A stretch of 60,139 bases of DNA from Oceanispirochaeta sp. (GCF_027859075.1 NZ_JAQIBL010000003.1:1-60139), one strand, 5' to 3'. Counted from the first letter of the stretch, positions 39,391-49,089 are shown. The notes: generated by a model not told the origin, from the sequence alone. Made by a program: numbers and translations.

Positions 39391-40290
39391 TTAAATATAA
39401 CCGGAGTTCTTCTTTTCAGAAGCTCTAATATTAATCACTGAAAAAACACTGAGAACGATCAGCCATAAGACACCGATTGCAGAACCGCTTCCTAAATCAT
39501 GCTGTACGAACGCAGCGTGATAGGCTCCGACAGAAAGGGTCATGGTTTTATCCATGGGGCCGCCGCCAGTCATATTGTAGATGATCGTAAACATCTGGAA
39601 GTTGTTGATGATTGAGATGGTGATTGTCGTTACCAGCACCGTGGAAATTGAGGGGAAAATAACATGCTGCAGTACTCTCAGTCTATTACAGCCATCAATG
39701 GTAGCCGCTTCTATCAATTCTCTGGAAACGGATAATAAACCGGCAACCAGCATTGTTACCATATAAGGCAACTGGCGCCACATGACAGCCACTATCACTG
39801 TAATCATGGCCCTCTCAGGACTCTGAGTCCATAACAAATTGGAATCGCTGATCCATCCGACGCTGCTTAGCAGATAGTTTATAATACCGTACTGAGACTG
39901 GAACATCAGCGTCCAGAGCATAGCAACAGCTACAGACGGTATCGTCCAGGCAATCAGAAACAATCCCCTGTAAACTTCCCGACCCTTCAGATTAAAGCTC
40001 AAGGCTAAAGCCAGCATAAAAGCCAGCAGGAACTGTATTCCCACTTCAAAAAATACATAAAAAAAAGTATTTTTAAAATATGTGAGGATGATCCCGCTCT
40101 TGAAGAGCTTGATATAGTTATCCAACCCGTTAAAAACAGGATGGGCCATATTGTATATGGTGTGATCCATAAAACTCATTATTATTCCCTTAATAATGGG
40201 AACAAATATCACAATGGAAAAGACAAGAAATGCAGGGACCAATAAATTGATAGCGAAGATCCGGTCTCTTTTTTCTCTAGTTGAAATCAT
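39391..40290 (-). CDS. Carbohydrate ABC permease (CUT1, MalF-like)
   Basis: GLDNY, IEAATIDG and MTGGGP motifs. Confidence 0.93.
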   Translation of the reverse strand: MISTREKRDRIFAINLLVPAFLVFSIVIFVPIIKGIIMSFMDHTIYNMAHPVFNGLDNYIKLFKSGIILTYFKNTFFYVFFEVGIQFLLAFMLALALSFNLKGREVYRGLFLIAWTIPSVAVAMLWTLMFQSQYGIINYLLSSVGWISDSNLLWTQSPERAMITVIVAVMWRQLPYMVTMLVAGLLSVSRELIEAATIDGCNRLRVLQHVIFPSISTVLVTTITISIINNFQMFTIIYNMTGGGPMDKTMTLSVGAYHAAFVQHDLGSGSAIGVLWLIVLSVFSVINIRASEKKNSGYI

Positions 40291-40356
40291 AATTACTTAC
40301 CTATTTAAATCTGTTTAATTAAGACTGACAGCCAATAACCAGCCCCGGAAATAATT

Positions 40357-40388
40357 AATCCGGCATATTGATTTTAACATACCGGATT
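40357..40388 (-). terminator. Stem-loop after the SBP gene (mRNA stability/attenuation)
   Basis: Minus strand AATCCGGTATGTT-aaaatc-AATATGCCGGATT, a 13-bp stem including G-U pairs. Confidence 0.55.
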
Positions 40389-40401
40389 GAATATATTCTA
40401 A

Positions 40402-41694
40402 TTATTCTGCATAGATTGCTTTAACTTCTTTATCCATTTCCGCAACGATTTGCTTAATGGGCTCATCTGTCAGGGCAACTTTCTGAATACCAACAGCCAC
40501 TGATTCCATGGCTTCAAGGAAGCTTGGGTTTTTACAGGGCAGAGGCAGGGCATTATCAAGAATCTTTAGAAATGTTGCCATGTAAGGATCCGTTGATGCT
40601 TTGTAGAAATCAATCTGTGATGATGATTTTCGAGCTGTGTATTTGGGTAGGATTTTAGTGTAAATAGCCATCCCCTCAGGACCTGACATAAAATCAACAA
40701 ATTCAGCGGCTAATTTGGGATCCTTAGAATCCTTAAAAACAACCAGATCATGTTCAACAAAAGCAGTTACACCCTTTCGACCGTTCATTCCAGGAATCTC
40801 TGCCAATCCAACTTTTTCATTGAAGGCTGCGCCTTCGGGAGCGGCTCCGCCAAAAATTGCGGGACCGGCTTCAATATCAAGGTGGAACCCCAGCTGTCCC
40901 TGTGCAAACAGGTTTCTCAGGTCCTTAATTTCGACACCCAATGGTGAAACACCTTCCTCAAAGAGGGCTCTTGTATCTTCAAAGGTTTTGATATTTTCAG
41001 CAGAGTTCAACATGACATTCCCTTTGCTGTCCACAAACTGCCCACCGTAATTCCAGAAGTAAAGGAGAAAAAAGTAACCTGTACCGGTCAGTTTTTTCGA
41101 TGAAATACCCAGACCATAGATCGTATTGCCTCTGGCATCCTTACCTAAAGAAGCAATGGCTCTGGACTGTTCCTGAAGTTCCGCCCAGGTTGCGGGCGGC
41201 CCGTCGAATCCGGCTTTAGCCACAAGTTCTTTGTTGTACCATAGTCCGATGGGGCTGGGACACCAGGGAGCGGCCATGATCTGTCCATCATAGGTGGTGC
41301 CTTCCAGTGCGGCAGGAAGAAAGTCATCGATTGTGCTCTGGGGAAGCAAGTCATTTAGTGGAGCCAATACACCGGCTTTATGCAGCGCAGGAACCCATTC
41401 TGTTTTAACCTGAGCCAGATCCGGTGCACTTCCGGCAGCTGACATAATAAGAAGCTGGTCTTTCACATTGTTATAGGGAAAAGGAACATGCGTGATGGTC
41501 AGTCCCGGTTTTGTTGCAGCAAAAGCATCTGCCATGGCTTCAAAAGCCGCTTTTCCCTGACCCTCTGCGGCACCCCAGGATACAAAATCCAGATTTACAG
41601 GACCATCTGCTGCTGCAGACTTTTCTCCCTGACCGGCGGCATATAGGGATAAAGATACTAGTAATGCAAGTGACAATAACATTAGTTTTTTCAT
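40402..41694 (-). CDS. Carbohydrate ABC substrate-binding protein (family 1)
   Basis: Leader MKKLMLLSLALLVSLSLYAAGQGE; APDL, WYNKEL and PATWAEL motifs. Confidence 0.92.
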   Translation of the reverse strand: MKKLMLLSLALLVSLSLYAAGQGEKSAAADGPVNLDFVSWGAAEGQGKAAFEAMADAFAATKPGLTITHVPFPYNNVKDQLLIMSAAGSAPDLAQVKTEWVPALHKAGVLAPLNDLLPQSTIDDFLPAALEGTTYDGQIMAAPWCPSPIGLWYNKELVAKAGFDGPPATWAELQEQSRAIASLGKDARGNTIYGLGISSKKLTGTGYFFLLYFWNYGGQFVDSKGNVMLNSAENIKTFEDTRALFEEGVSPLGVEIKDLRNLFAQGQLGFHLDIEAGPAIFGGAAPEGAAFNEKVGLAEIPGMNGRKGVTAFVEHDLVVFKDSKDPKLAAEFVDFMSGPEGMAIYTKILPKYTARKSSSQIDFYKASTDPYMATFLKILDNALPLPCKNPSFLEAMESVAVGIQKVALTDEPIKQIVAEMDKEVKAIYAE

Positions 41695-41764
41695 AAAATA
41701 AAATCTCCTCTCTTTATTTTTCGACATGAAGTAATTTGATTTCCATTGGCTATAAGATATAAAA

Positions 41765-41805
41765 ATTGTAACCCTGGTTTGCCCAGCTGTCAAGTGGTAG
41801 TACCA
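41765..41805 (-). promoter_or_regulatory. Promoter and FadR-type operators of the ABC/sulfatase operon
   Basis: TTGACA (41793-88)-N17-TACAAT (41770-65); TGGTAGTACCA at 41795-805; weaker TGGTTTGCCCA in the spacer. Confidence 0.75.
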
Positions 41806-41978
41806 ATTTATAATCAAACCAATTCAATTCTTTTTAAAAGCAATTCCGAATGCTGATCAAGTATCAGATGGAGGGAAATTATTTCAATATTTTATTACAT
41901 GGAAATACTTTAAATAGTATTCCATAAAAATGAAATTATTTCATTAAATAGCCGTCTTTCTTCTATGGATTCAGGTTT

Positions 41979-42022
41979 ACTGGCTAAACCAGTTGACAGA
42001 TGCATAAAATAGAACATAAAGT
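41979..42022 (+). promoter_or_regulatory. GntR gene promoter and operator
   Basis: ACTGGCTAAACCAGT followed by TTGACA-N18-TAAAGT; ATG 6 nt downstream. Confidence 0.65.
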
Positions 42023-42028
42023 ATAAGA

Positions 42029-42742
42029 ATGGAAGACACTTTCAGCCGGATAAGCTTTAAAAAAAAGACAGAAGCTATCAGTGAGCAAATCGTCGGTCTC
42101 ATTAACTCCAGGGATCTGACACGGGGAGACAAACTTCCCTCAGAGAGATACCTGTCGGAAACGATGGGTGTCAGCAGAGGAGCTCTGAGAGAAGCCCTCC
42201 GCGCTCTGGAGATGATTGGAATTATTGAAACAAAAACCGGTTCAGGCAGCTTCATCAAGGTAAATGGTCCTATCGAAAAGACCACAGACCTTTCAAAAAT
42301 GATGGAAAGAGATGACAATCCCCTGAATCTGATCATTGTCCGTAAAACAATTGAACCCCTTTCGGCAAAACTGGCGGCAAAAAATGCCGGTGAATCCGAA
42401 ATACTTCATCTCAAGGATTTTTATTCAGGTTATGACATACCCGCTGGGGAAAAAGAGATCAATTATGACCTGGATGGAGATTTCCACCTCTATATTGCTG
42501 AGATGTCTCAGAACAAATCCCTTTATGATGTGATGAAAGTCATTACAGACAGAATGAAGTCTGATAATTTCTGGCGCTTTGCCAAGGAAAAAACGACAGG
42601 ATTACTCCATCACCTTGGTCCTCATATTGATGAGCATGAAATGCTTGTCAATGCCATTGCCAATCATGATGAGAAAGAAGCTGAGAAGGCAATGAAACAG
42701 CACCTCAGGAGTGTTGAAAAGGGACTGCTTCAGTTCTTTTAA
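42029..42742 (+). CDS. FadR/GntR family regulator
   Basis: LPSERYLSETMGVSRGALREAL wHTH; DGDFH, EH and HL in the FCD domain. Confidence 0.93.
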   Translation: MEDTFSRISFKKKTEAISEQIVGLINSRDLTRGDKLPSERYLSETMGVSRGALREALRALEMIGIIETKTGSGSFIKVNGPIEKTTDLSKMMERDDNPLNLIIVRKTIEPLSAKLAAKNAGESEILHLKDFYSGYDIPAGEKEINYDLDGDFHLYIAEMSQNKSLYDVMKVITDRMKSDNFWRFAKEKTTGLLHHLGPHIDEHEMLVNAIANHDEKEAEKAMKQHLRSVEKGLLQFF

Positions 42743-42764
42743 ACTTTTGACTGCTTCTTTATAG

Positions 42765-42796
42765 AAAAAAACCCCGCCTTCCCGGTGGGGTTTTTT
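42765..42796. terminator. Bidirectional intrinsic terminator
   Basis: A7-CCCCGCC-ttccc-GGTGGGG-T6 between convergent genes. Confidence 0.85.
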
Positions 42797-42810
42797 ATGG
42801 AGCATACAGC

Positions 42811-43974
42811 CTACTTCTTCACAAACTGAAAGAGTGATTCATTGGGTTCTGCCCCTATTCCTGGTTCCTGTGGAACCATAAAGAATCCTTCAGAGCAGCT
42901 CATGGTCGTATTCAGATACTTCAGATTCTTGTCGAAAATGGAGTGTTGATACTCATGGTAAACCAGATTGTTCAAAGCTGCGGCAACCTGCAGGCTGGCA
43001 GCCTGGAAAATACCTACACCAATGCTGGCATGGGGCATAACAGTCATATTGAATGCCTGACTCATCTGGCAGATATTCCACATGGATGTCAGTCCAGTTC
43101 GGCCCATCTCCGGTTGAATCACATGCATGCAAAGCTGTTCAAATCGTGGCCTATACTCATATATGGTTCTCAATTCCTCCCCTATTGCCACTTGCACTGG
43201 TACAGATCGGACCACAAGAGCCTGACCAGCTATGTCTTCAGGTTTAACCGGGGCTTCCGCCACATACAAATCAAACTGATTCAGTTTATGAATCATGGCA
43301 ATCGCCTCGGCCGCGTTGAATTTCCAGTGCATGTCTATGAGAATTTTCGGCTTGGACCCCACAGCAGTTCTCAGGGCTTCCATTTCAGGCATGATGCCGT
43401 CTGCGGACACGGCGGAAGCAAATTTAAAGGCATCAAAGCCGCTATCAATCCACTTTTTTGCCAGATCGGCTCTTTTATCTATCGTGTTTTCTGGCAAACC
43501 GGAAACATAACCCGGCAGTTTCTTGTATCTTTTTGATCCCAAAAGAGCCGCAACAGGCTGCCTCAGTTCTTTTCCTTTCAGGTCCCAGAGGGCAATGTCG
43601 ATTCCCGCCAGAGCATCATGATAAAAGCCGCCGAAGAAACCACGAACCCTCATGGCATCATAGAGATCTTCATAGATCATCAGTACATCCTGGGGATCCT
43701 TTCCAATCAGGAGCGGTCCCACCAGTTCTTCAATTATGGTTTTCACAATCTCCGGCGCATAGAAAGCAACACATTCACCCCAACCGACAGTGCCGTCTTC
43801 TATCGTAACCTTCACAAGAACGCTCTGATCAGTCAGGTGATAGATGCTCTTGTTCCCGGGGCGGATAAAATAGCCCTGAGGTGTCGGTTTGTTTCCATCC
43901 TCAAGAGGCCCCAGATAAGGGGTATCCCGGGGTATTGAAATAATGATCGGTTCTACCGATTTAATCATACTCAC
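42811..43974 (-). CDS. Mandelate racemase subgroup enolase-superfamily enzyme (acid-sugar dehydratase or cycloisomerase)
   Basis: GWGE, DIALWDLKGK, metal ligands D(MH), E(AP) and GEE, MPH motifs. Confidence 0.88.
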   Translation of the reverse strand: MSMIKSVEPIIISIPRDTPYLGPLEDGNKPTPQGYFIRPGNKSIYHLTDQSVLVKVTIEDGTVGWGECVAFYAPEIVKTIIEELVGPLLIGKDPQDVLMIYEDLYDAMRVRGFFGGFYHDALAGIDIALWDLKGKELRQPVAALLGSKRYKKLPGYVSGLPENTIDKRADLAKKWIDSGFDAFKFASAVSADGIMPEMEALRTAVGSKPKILIDMHWKFNAAEAIAMIHKLNQFDLYVAEAPVKPEDIAGQALVVRSVPVQVAIGEELRTIYEYRPRFEQLCMHVIQPEMGRTGLTSMWNICQMSQAFNMTVMPHASIGVGIFQAASLQVAAALNNLVYHEYQHSIFDKNLKYLNTTMSCSEGFFMVPQEPGIGAEPNESLFQFVKK

Positions 43975-43988
43975 TTGCGTCTCCTTAA

Positions 43989-44897
43989 TTATACGGTGAA
44001 ATACTCTGAAATAACCTCATAGAGTTCTTCAAATGTATCATCAAATATTTTATCACTGGTAAAGCCGGGAGAGCGGCAGTAATCCGACTTGATAAAGCCT
44101 CTTTTCTTCATAACTTTCTTCTCAAAGGCAATGATCATTTCCACATTCTGCCGGATATGATTCAGAAAATAAACCAGTTCTTTATGAACTTTGAAAGCTT
44201 CCTGGCGTTTGCCATCCATATACAGGTCGTAAATGCTCCTGTACACATCAAACATGGAGGGACCGGGCATTACACCGGCGGCACCTCTATCCAGTCCTTC
44301 GATCATCTGGTATCCCGCATTGCCGACAAAGACCTCGGTTCCCGGCCGGGCCTTTTTGACAACATTGTCGATATAGAGTCCCGGGGGCTTGCACTCAATC
44401 TTGTAGTAAATGATATTGGGGCACTCTTCGTTGAGCCTAAGAAGAACATCAGGACTGATGGCCACACCGGTCTGTTCAGGGGCATATTGCACCATCACCG
44501 GGATTTTCACAGCCTTTCCAACCGCCTTCATATGCTCATACAGAGAGGCTCCACCAGGCTTTAAAAAGAATGGGGGAAGAACCATCATACAGTCGGCACC
44601 GCTGGCCTCAATGTGCTTAGCCCACTCGATAGCAACCTCTGTGGAGTGTCTTGTATTTGAAATGATACAGGGTTTACCGTGCTTCCTGGAAGATTCCACA
44701 GTCACATCAATAAGTTTTAATTCTTCTTCATAAGATAATTTATAATACTCTCCGGCAATGCCGAAGAGGGTAATCCCATGGCTGCCTTCGTCAAACATAC
44801 AGCTCAGAGCAGAGGCATAATCTTCATAGTCCACCTGCCCTTTATTATTATACACAGCAGGGGCAATCGGTAAGATCCCCTTGATTTCTTTACTCAT
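43989..44897 (-). CDS. DHDPS/NAL family enzyme (2-keto-3-deoxy sugar-acid dehydratase or aldolase)
   Basis: GIAGEYY, LPPFF, VQYAP, Schiff-base YYKIE and GVMPG motifs. Confidence 0.88.
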   Translation of the reverse strand: MSKEIKGILPIAPAVYNNKGQVDYEDYASALSCMFDEGSHGITLFGIAGEYYKLSYEEELKLIDVTVESSRKHGKPCIISNTRHSTEVAIEWAKHIEASGADCMMVLPPFFLKPGGASLYEHMKAVGKAVKIPVMVQYAPEQTGVAISPDVLLRLNEECPNIIYYKIECKPPGLYIDNVVKKARPGTEVFVGNAGYQMIEGLDRGAAGVMPGPSMFDVYRSIYDLYMDGKRQEAFKVHKELVYFLNHIRQNVEMIIAFEKKVMKKRGFIKSDYCRSPGFTSDKIFDDTFEELYEVISEYFTV

Positions 44898-44921
44898 AGT
44901 GTTCTCCAAAATATTTATTCG

Positions 44922-45692
44922 TCACAATTGAGCGATGGTCACACCACCGTCAATATAGTAGGAAGCTCCGGTGATGTAATTGGCCCTCTGACTGGCCAGA
45001 AATACAAAGAGATCTGCGCATTCATCAGCCTGCCCCAGGCGCCCCATAGGAATTAAATCGATTAGATGCTGTTTAAATTCCGGCTCTTTCTCCAGTTTAT
45101 CTCCCAGGATTTTAGTCTCAATAATTCCCGGGTTTACATTGTTCACCTGGATATTATAAGGGGCCAGCTCCACCGCCAGAGATCGGGCCAGAGCACCGAT
45201 TCCACCCTTAGAGACACAGTAGGTTGTCAGGTTTGGACGGGCAATGGCTTCAACCATGGATGAATTATTTATAATCTTGCCCCTTTCTCCCCGATCCGCC
45301 ATATGACGGGCACAGAGTTGAGAAACCATAAAATAGCTCTTGAGGTTGATGTCAATGACTGTATCCCAGTCGGACATGTCCATATCCAGGAATTTTTTAT
45401 GATAGGAAATCCCTGCATTGTTGATGAGGATATCAATGTGGCCCAATTTCTCAATGGTGAAATCCACAAGATTCCTGACTTCCTCTTCCTGACTGACATT
45501 AGCCTTGAAGACCTCGGATTTCAAACCCATTCCTGTAAATTTATCTTTGAGTCGAAGAACTTCCTTGTCATTACTGTTGTAATTCAAACAGGTATGAACC
45601 CCTTCTGCGGCTAAACCTTCTGCAATAGCAGAACCGATTCCTCCGCTGGCCCCTGTAATGAGAGCCGTTTTACCTTTCAGTTTTAAATCCAT
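44922..45692 (-). CDS. SDR family sugar dehydrogenase
   Basis: TGASGGIG, NNAG, YCVSKGG and NPG motifs. Confidence 0.9.
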   Translation of the reverse strand: MDLKLKGKTALITGASGGIGSAIAEGLAAEGVHTCLNYNSNDKEVLRLKDKFTGMGLKSEVFKANVSQEEEVRNLVDFTIEKLGHIDILINNAGISYHKKFLDMDMSDWDTVIDINLKSYFMVSQLCARHMADRGERGKIINNSSMVEAIARPNLTTYCVSKGGIGALARSLAVELAPYNIQVNNVNPGIIETKILGDKLEKEPEFKQHLIDLIPMGRLGQADECADLFVFLASQRANYITGASYYIDGGVTIAQL

Positions 45693-45764
45693 TCGGACCT
45701 CCAGATCTCCCTCTCCAGCCAATGGAATATTTGGGAGATCTTTGAATTATCATTATCTTATTTC

Positions 45765-45840
45765 ATCTTATAGCCAACCATTGGTTAGACCAATTAAATA
45801 TACATTGTCTTTGTGGACTTGTCAACAATTGGTAGAACCA
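45765..45840 (-). promoter_or_regulatory. Promoter and two FadR-type operators of the SDR-DHDPS-MR operon
   Basis: TTGACA (45825-20)-N17-TATATT; TGGTAGAACCA at 45830-40 and ATTGGTTAGACCAAT at 45780-94. Confidence 0.75.
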
Positions 45841-45983
45841 CTTTACAGATTTGCCGGTATAGAAAGATCAAACGATAGTAATAATTGCTTTTATGATGAG
45901 ATATAAATAGAGAAAAGAGAATGGGAATAATTTGGATGAAAAACAAAAGGCCTATGACTGGTTCAGCTACAGAAGAATCTGGT

Positions 45984-46010
45984 AAAGGGGAGGAAGCCCC
46001 CCCCTTTTTT
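45984..46010. terminator. Intrinsic terminator downstream of kdgK
   Basis: AAAGGGGAGG-aagc-CCCCCCCTTTTTT. Confidence 0.6.
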
Positions 46011-46028
46011 AATATTCACAGTGTAAAC

Positions 46029-47123
46029 TTATCTCTTAACCCGACCCGTAGTGCTTCCGTTCTTCAAGGCCGTCACTTCTTCATAACTGGAGTAATTGAA
46101 ATCTCCTTCAATGGAGTGGCAGAGGCAGGAAGAAGCAACTGCGAATTCCAGTGCATCCCCGGGAGAATCTTTGAACTCTCCACTGAGTCCATAAATCAAA
46201 CCTGCAGAAAAGGAGTCTCCCCCGCCCAGGCGGTCTACTATGTTGCGAATCTCATAGGGTTTGTACCCATCCCCATCCATGGGGGCGAAATGGGCAGAGC
46301 CGTCTTTGCATGTATAGAGCATGGCTCCCCAGTTGTTATGATTGGCAGAGATGCTTTCTCTCAGTGTGATCGCTACATGGCTGACATGGGAAAACTGCTG
46401 TTGAATCTGCCTGGCTACATCTGGATACCGGTTGATATCCAGATCTCCTGCTTCCACATCAGTGTCTCCCGCTTGGATGCCAAGAACATCATGGGCATCT
46501 TCTTCATTTCCGATGACAACATCCACGTATTTCAAAAGACGGCGCATGGTTTTTTCTGCCAGATCCCTGGAATTGGTCCCGGCCTCCCAGTTCCATAATT
46601 TTTTTCTGAAGTTCAAGTCACAAGAGACAGTCACACCGGCGTCCTTTGCATGTCTCGCCGCCAGAATGGAAGCTTCGGCAGCTTCTCTGGAGATGGCCTG
46701 GGTAATACCGCTGATATGAAACCATTTGGCATCGGCGAATATATTTTTCCAGTCGTAAGAATCTCCTGGAGTAAGGGAAACAGAAGAGTCGGCTCTGTCA
46801 TAAATAACCTGGCTGGGTCTCTGGTTGGCTCCCGTTTCCATGAAATACAGACCGAGACGGCCCTTGTCGGTCCTGAGGATGTAGGATGTGTCTACACCAA
46901 AACGTCTCACTGAATCTTCACAGGCATCGGCGATGCTATGTTTGGGAAGTGCTGTTACATACCGGGTTTGGCAGCCGAGCAGCTGGAGGGAGACAACAAC
47001 GCTGGATTCAGCCCCGGCAAAGGTGACATTCAGATTTCCAGGCATAGTCTGCCTGAACCGTCTGTTGTTATCCGGAGAAAAACGTCCCATGATTTCTCCA
47101 TAGCTTACGATAACGTCTTTCAT
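46029..47123 (-). CDS. kdgK: 2-keto-3-deoxygluconate kinase (PfkB family)
   Basis: GEIMGR, YDRADS, DLNFRKKLW, GNEED and DRLGGGDSFSAG motifs; follows eda. Confidence 0.9.
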   Translation of the reverse strand: MKDVIVSYGEIMGRFSPDNNRRFRQTMPGNLNVTFAGAESSVVVSLQLLGCQTRYVTALPKHSIADACEDSVRRFGVDTSYILRTDKGRLGLYFMETGANQRPSQVIYDRADSSVSLTPGDSYDWKNIFADAKWFHISGITQAISREAAEASILAARHAKDAGVTVSCDLNFRKKLWNWEAGTNSRDLAEKTMRRLLKYVDVVIGNEEDAHDVLGIQAGDTDVEAGDLDINRYPDVARQIQQQFSHVSHVAITLRESISANHNNWGAMLYTCKDGSAHFAPMDGDGYKPYEIRNIVDRLGGGDSFSAGLIYGLSGEFKDSPGDALEFAVASSCLCHSIEGDFNYSSYEEVTALKNGSTTGRVKR

Positions 47124-47779
47124 CCTCTTACCTCTCTTGTGATTTTGACCGCCTCCCGGGCATTGGCAGCGATGCCGGTCCAGTCTTTTTTATCTATCAT
47201 TCCAGGAGGAGCAATCCAGGAACCACCGATTGCCAGGATCTCCGGGCGTTCAAGCCAGGAAGCCATATTCCCCGCATTCACTCCTCCCAGGGGAATATAT
47301 TGCAAATCAAGAAATCCATAGGGTCCATTGAGGGCTTTCAGATAATTAATGCCGCCCAGCTGCTCCGCCGGGAATATTTTTAAGACCTGACATCCCTTTG
47401 ATACAGCCGTCTCAACATCTGATGCGGTACTGATTCCGGGGCCGAAAGGAAACTGTCTCTCCAGGGCTCCGTCGATCACATCGGGATTACACCCGGGGGC
47501 CACTGCAAAAAGAGCCCTTCTTTTAATAATCTCATCAAGCTGAGACGCCTGAAGGACCGTTCCTACCCCGGCATTCATTTCCGGTACTTCCTTTGTTATC
47601 CTTTCAAGAGCATTCAGGGCACACTCTGTCCGCAAGGTCAGCTCCATGGCTCTGATTCCTTCATCAACAAGGAGCCTGGCCAGAGGAACAGCCTGATCGG
47701 CATCATTGATTGTAATCACAGCGATAACACCTGACGCAAAAAGTTTCCCCTTCAATTCTGATGTAAATATAGTTTTCAT
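47120..47779 (-). CDS. eda: KDPG/KHG aldolase
   Basis: ELTLRT, GVGTVL, LKIFPA, PLGGV and GGSW motifs. Confidence 0.93.
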   Translation of the reverse strand: MKTIFTSELKGKLFASGVIAVITINDADQAVPLARLLVDEGIRAMELTLRTECALNALERITKEVPEMNAGVGTVLQASQLDEIIKRRALFAVAPGCNPDVIDGALERQFPFGPGISTASDVETAVSKGCQVLKIFPAEQLGGINYLKALNGPYGFLDLQYIPLGGVNAGNMASWLERPEILAIGGSWIAPPGMIDKKDWTGIAANAREAVKITREVRG

Positions 47780-47805
47780 AATAAAACCTCCCTTTCTGTA
47801 AGATC

Positions 47806-47866
47806 ACTATAGACATACAACAAAAACCTGTCAATAATATGAGACATCAGTCTCTCTGAGAGAGAC
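47806..47866. promoter_or_regulatory. eda promoter and IclR operator candidate
   Basis: Minus strand TTGACA (47834-29)-N17-TATAGT; palindrome GTCTCTCT-g-AGAGAGAC at 47850-66. Confidence 0.65.
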
Positions 47867-47888
47867 ACAAATAGGATTGGATAAAATA

Positions 47889-48656
47889 ATGGAAACGTCC
47901 CAGACCATAGAAAAGACAATGCTCCTGCTGCAGACACTTGCAGAAAATGAACGAAGTACAGCCGCAGAAGTAACCAGGGCTCTGGAAGTACATAGAAGCA
48001 CCACCTATCGGATGCTGAAATCTCTGGTTCAGCTGGGGTTTGTGGACCATCAGGAGGAGAGCGGTTTCTATAGTCTATCCTCAAAAATGGGAGACCTTCT
48101 CCACCCAAAATCCTCCTACACCTGGCTGTCAGAGATTGTGAGTCCATACATGGAAGAGTTCCACAGCAAGGTGAATGAAACACTGCATCTGGCAGTTCTT
48201 AAAAATAATGAGCTTTGCTATCTGAATAAATGGGAATCGAGTCGTAGCCTCAGAGTCGTCATCCAATCAAAAGCAGGTGGTTTTGCTCCTCTGCACTGCA
48301 CAGGCTTAGGAAAAATGCTTCTATCAGGGCTGGATAGCCAGGAATTGAAGGAAATCCTTCCCAGGCTTACATTGATACGGTTCACAAAAAATACGATTTC
48401 AGAATTGGATACTTTTAGACATGAACTGCTGACGATTCAGAAAAGAGGCACATCTTATGATAATGAGGAACACGAGGAGGGTGTTTGCTGTATTTCAGTT
48501 CCTCTGGTCGATAAAGAGGGGAAAACAGTTGCAGCCATCAGCATCACCGTTCCTGGTGTTCGATTTACCCAGAAAAGGAAGGCAGAATTACTTGATGAAA
48601 TCACATCTATAGGACATAAGATATCGAAAGATATCTGCAACCTGGAAAAGAATTGA
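47889..48656 (+). CDS. IclR family regulator (KdgR-like)
   Basis: HRSTTYRML HTH, ETLHL, PLHCTGLGK and DNEEHEEGVCCISVP motifs; divergent from eda-kdgK. Confidence 0.92.
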   Translation: METSQTIEKTMLLLQTLAENERSTAAEVTRALEVHRSTTYRMLKSLVQLGFVDHQEESGFYSLSSKMGDLLHPKSSYTWLSEIVSPYMEEFHSKVNETLHLAVLKNNELCYLNKWESSRSLRVVIQSKAGGFAPLHCTGLGKMLLSGLDSQELKEILPRLTLIRFTKNTISELDTFRHELLTIQKRGTSYDNEEHEEGVCCISVPLVDKEGKTVAAISITVPGVRFTQKRKAELLDEITSIGHKISKDICNLEKN

Positions 48657-48859
48657 TAGTAAACATGATAAGATCTGAATCAATACACAGCGGTACTTTA
48701 AGTCCTGCATCCAGGATGTAAAAAAATAGTAGTTGAGGAAAGTGACTGGGTCATGATTTTCACCGGAATGTCAACTATAAAGAAGTCCTTTGTGTATTTT
48801 GTGATTTCAAAAATAATTCTTTTTCTCCCTGTAATTGACAGGCAAACCACCTGTAATCT

Positions 48860-49062
48860 GTTTAAAAGATCTTGCCTTCAAATGGAGTCTGTATCCCGTT
48901 TCTGAATTATTGCAAAGCGAACCCGAGACTGTTATTCAAAAAGTACAGATGCTATGTAATGAAACCAAAGGTTTACCATACATCCTGAGTGGTGGTTACG
49001 AAATTCCAGCAGCAGTATCTGATGAGGTCTTTCAAGCTTTTTGCAATGCTACAGGGAAATAA
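48860..49062 (+). pseudogene. C-terminal remnant of an MtaA/CmuA/URO-D-like protein
   Basis: LAFKWSLYPVSELLQSEPETV...PYILSGGYEIP resembles 'GNLDPV..L.GTPE.V...FILSGGCEIP'; no N-terminal part. Confidence 0.6.
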
Positions 49063-49089
49063 TGATATTCTATAAAAACGGTTATTCAT

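Noticed and set aside
45915-45985. Short frame ENGNNLDEKQKAYDWFSYRRIW* ending just before a terminator
   Set aside because: Could be a gene tail but is too short to assign to a family.
42811-47779. 3,6-anhydrogalactose (agar/carrageenan) pathway suggested by MR enzyme + KdgK + Eda
   Set aside because: No aldehyde dehydrogenase or GH117/127/129 in the window, and kdgK-eda has its own IclR regulator; the substrate cannot be assigned.
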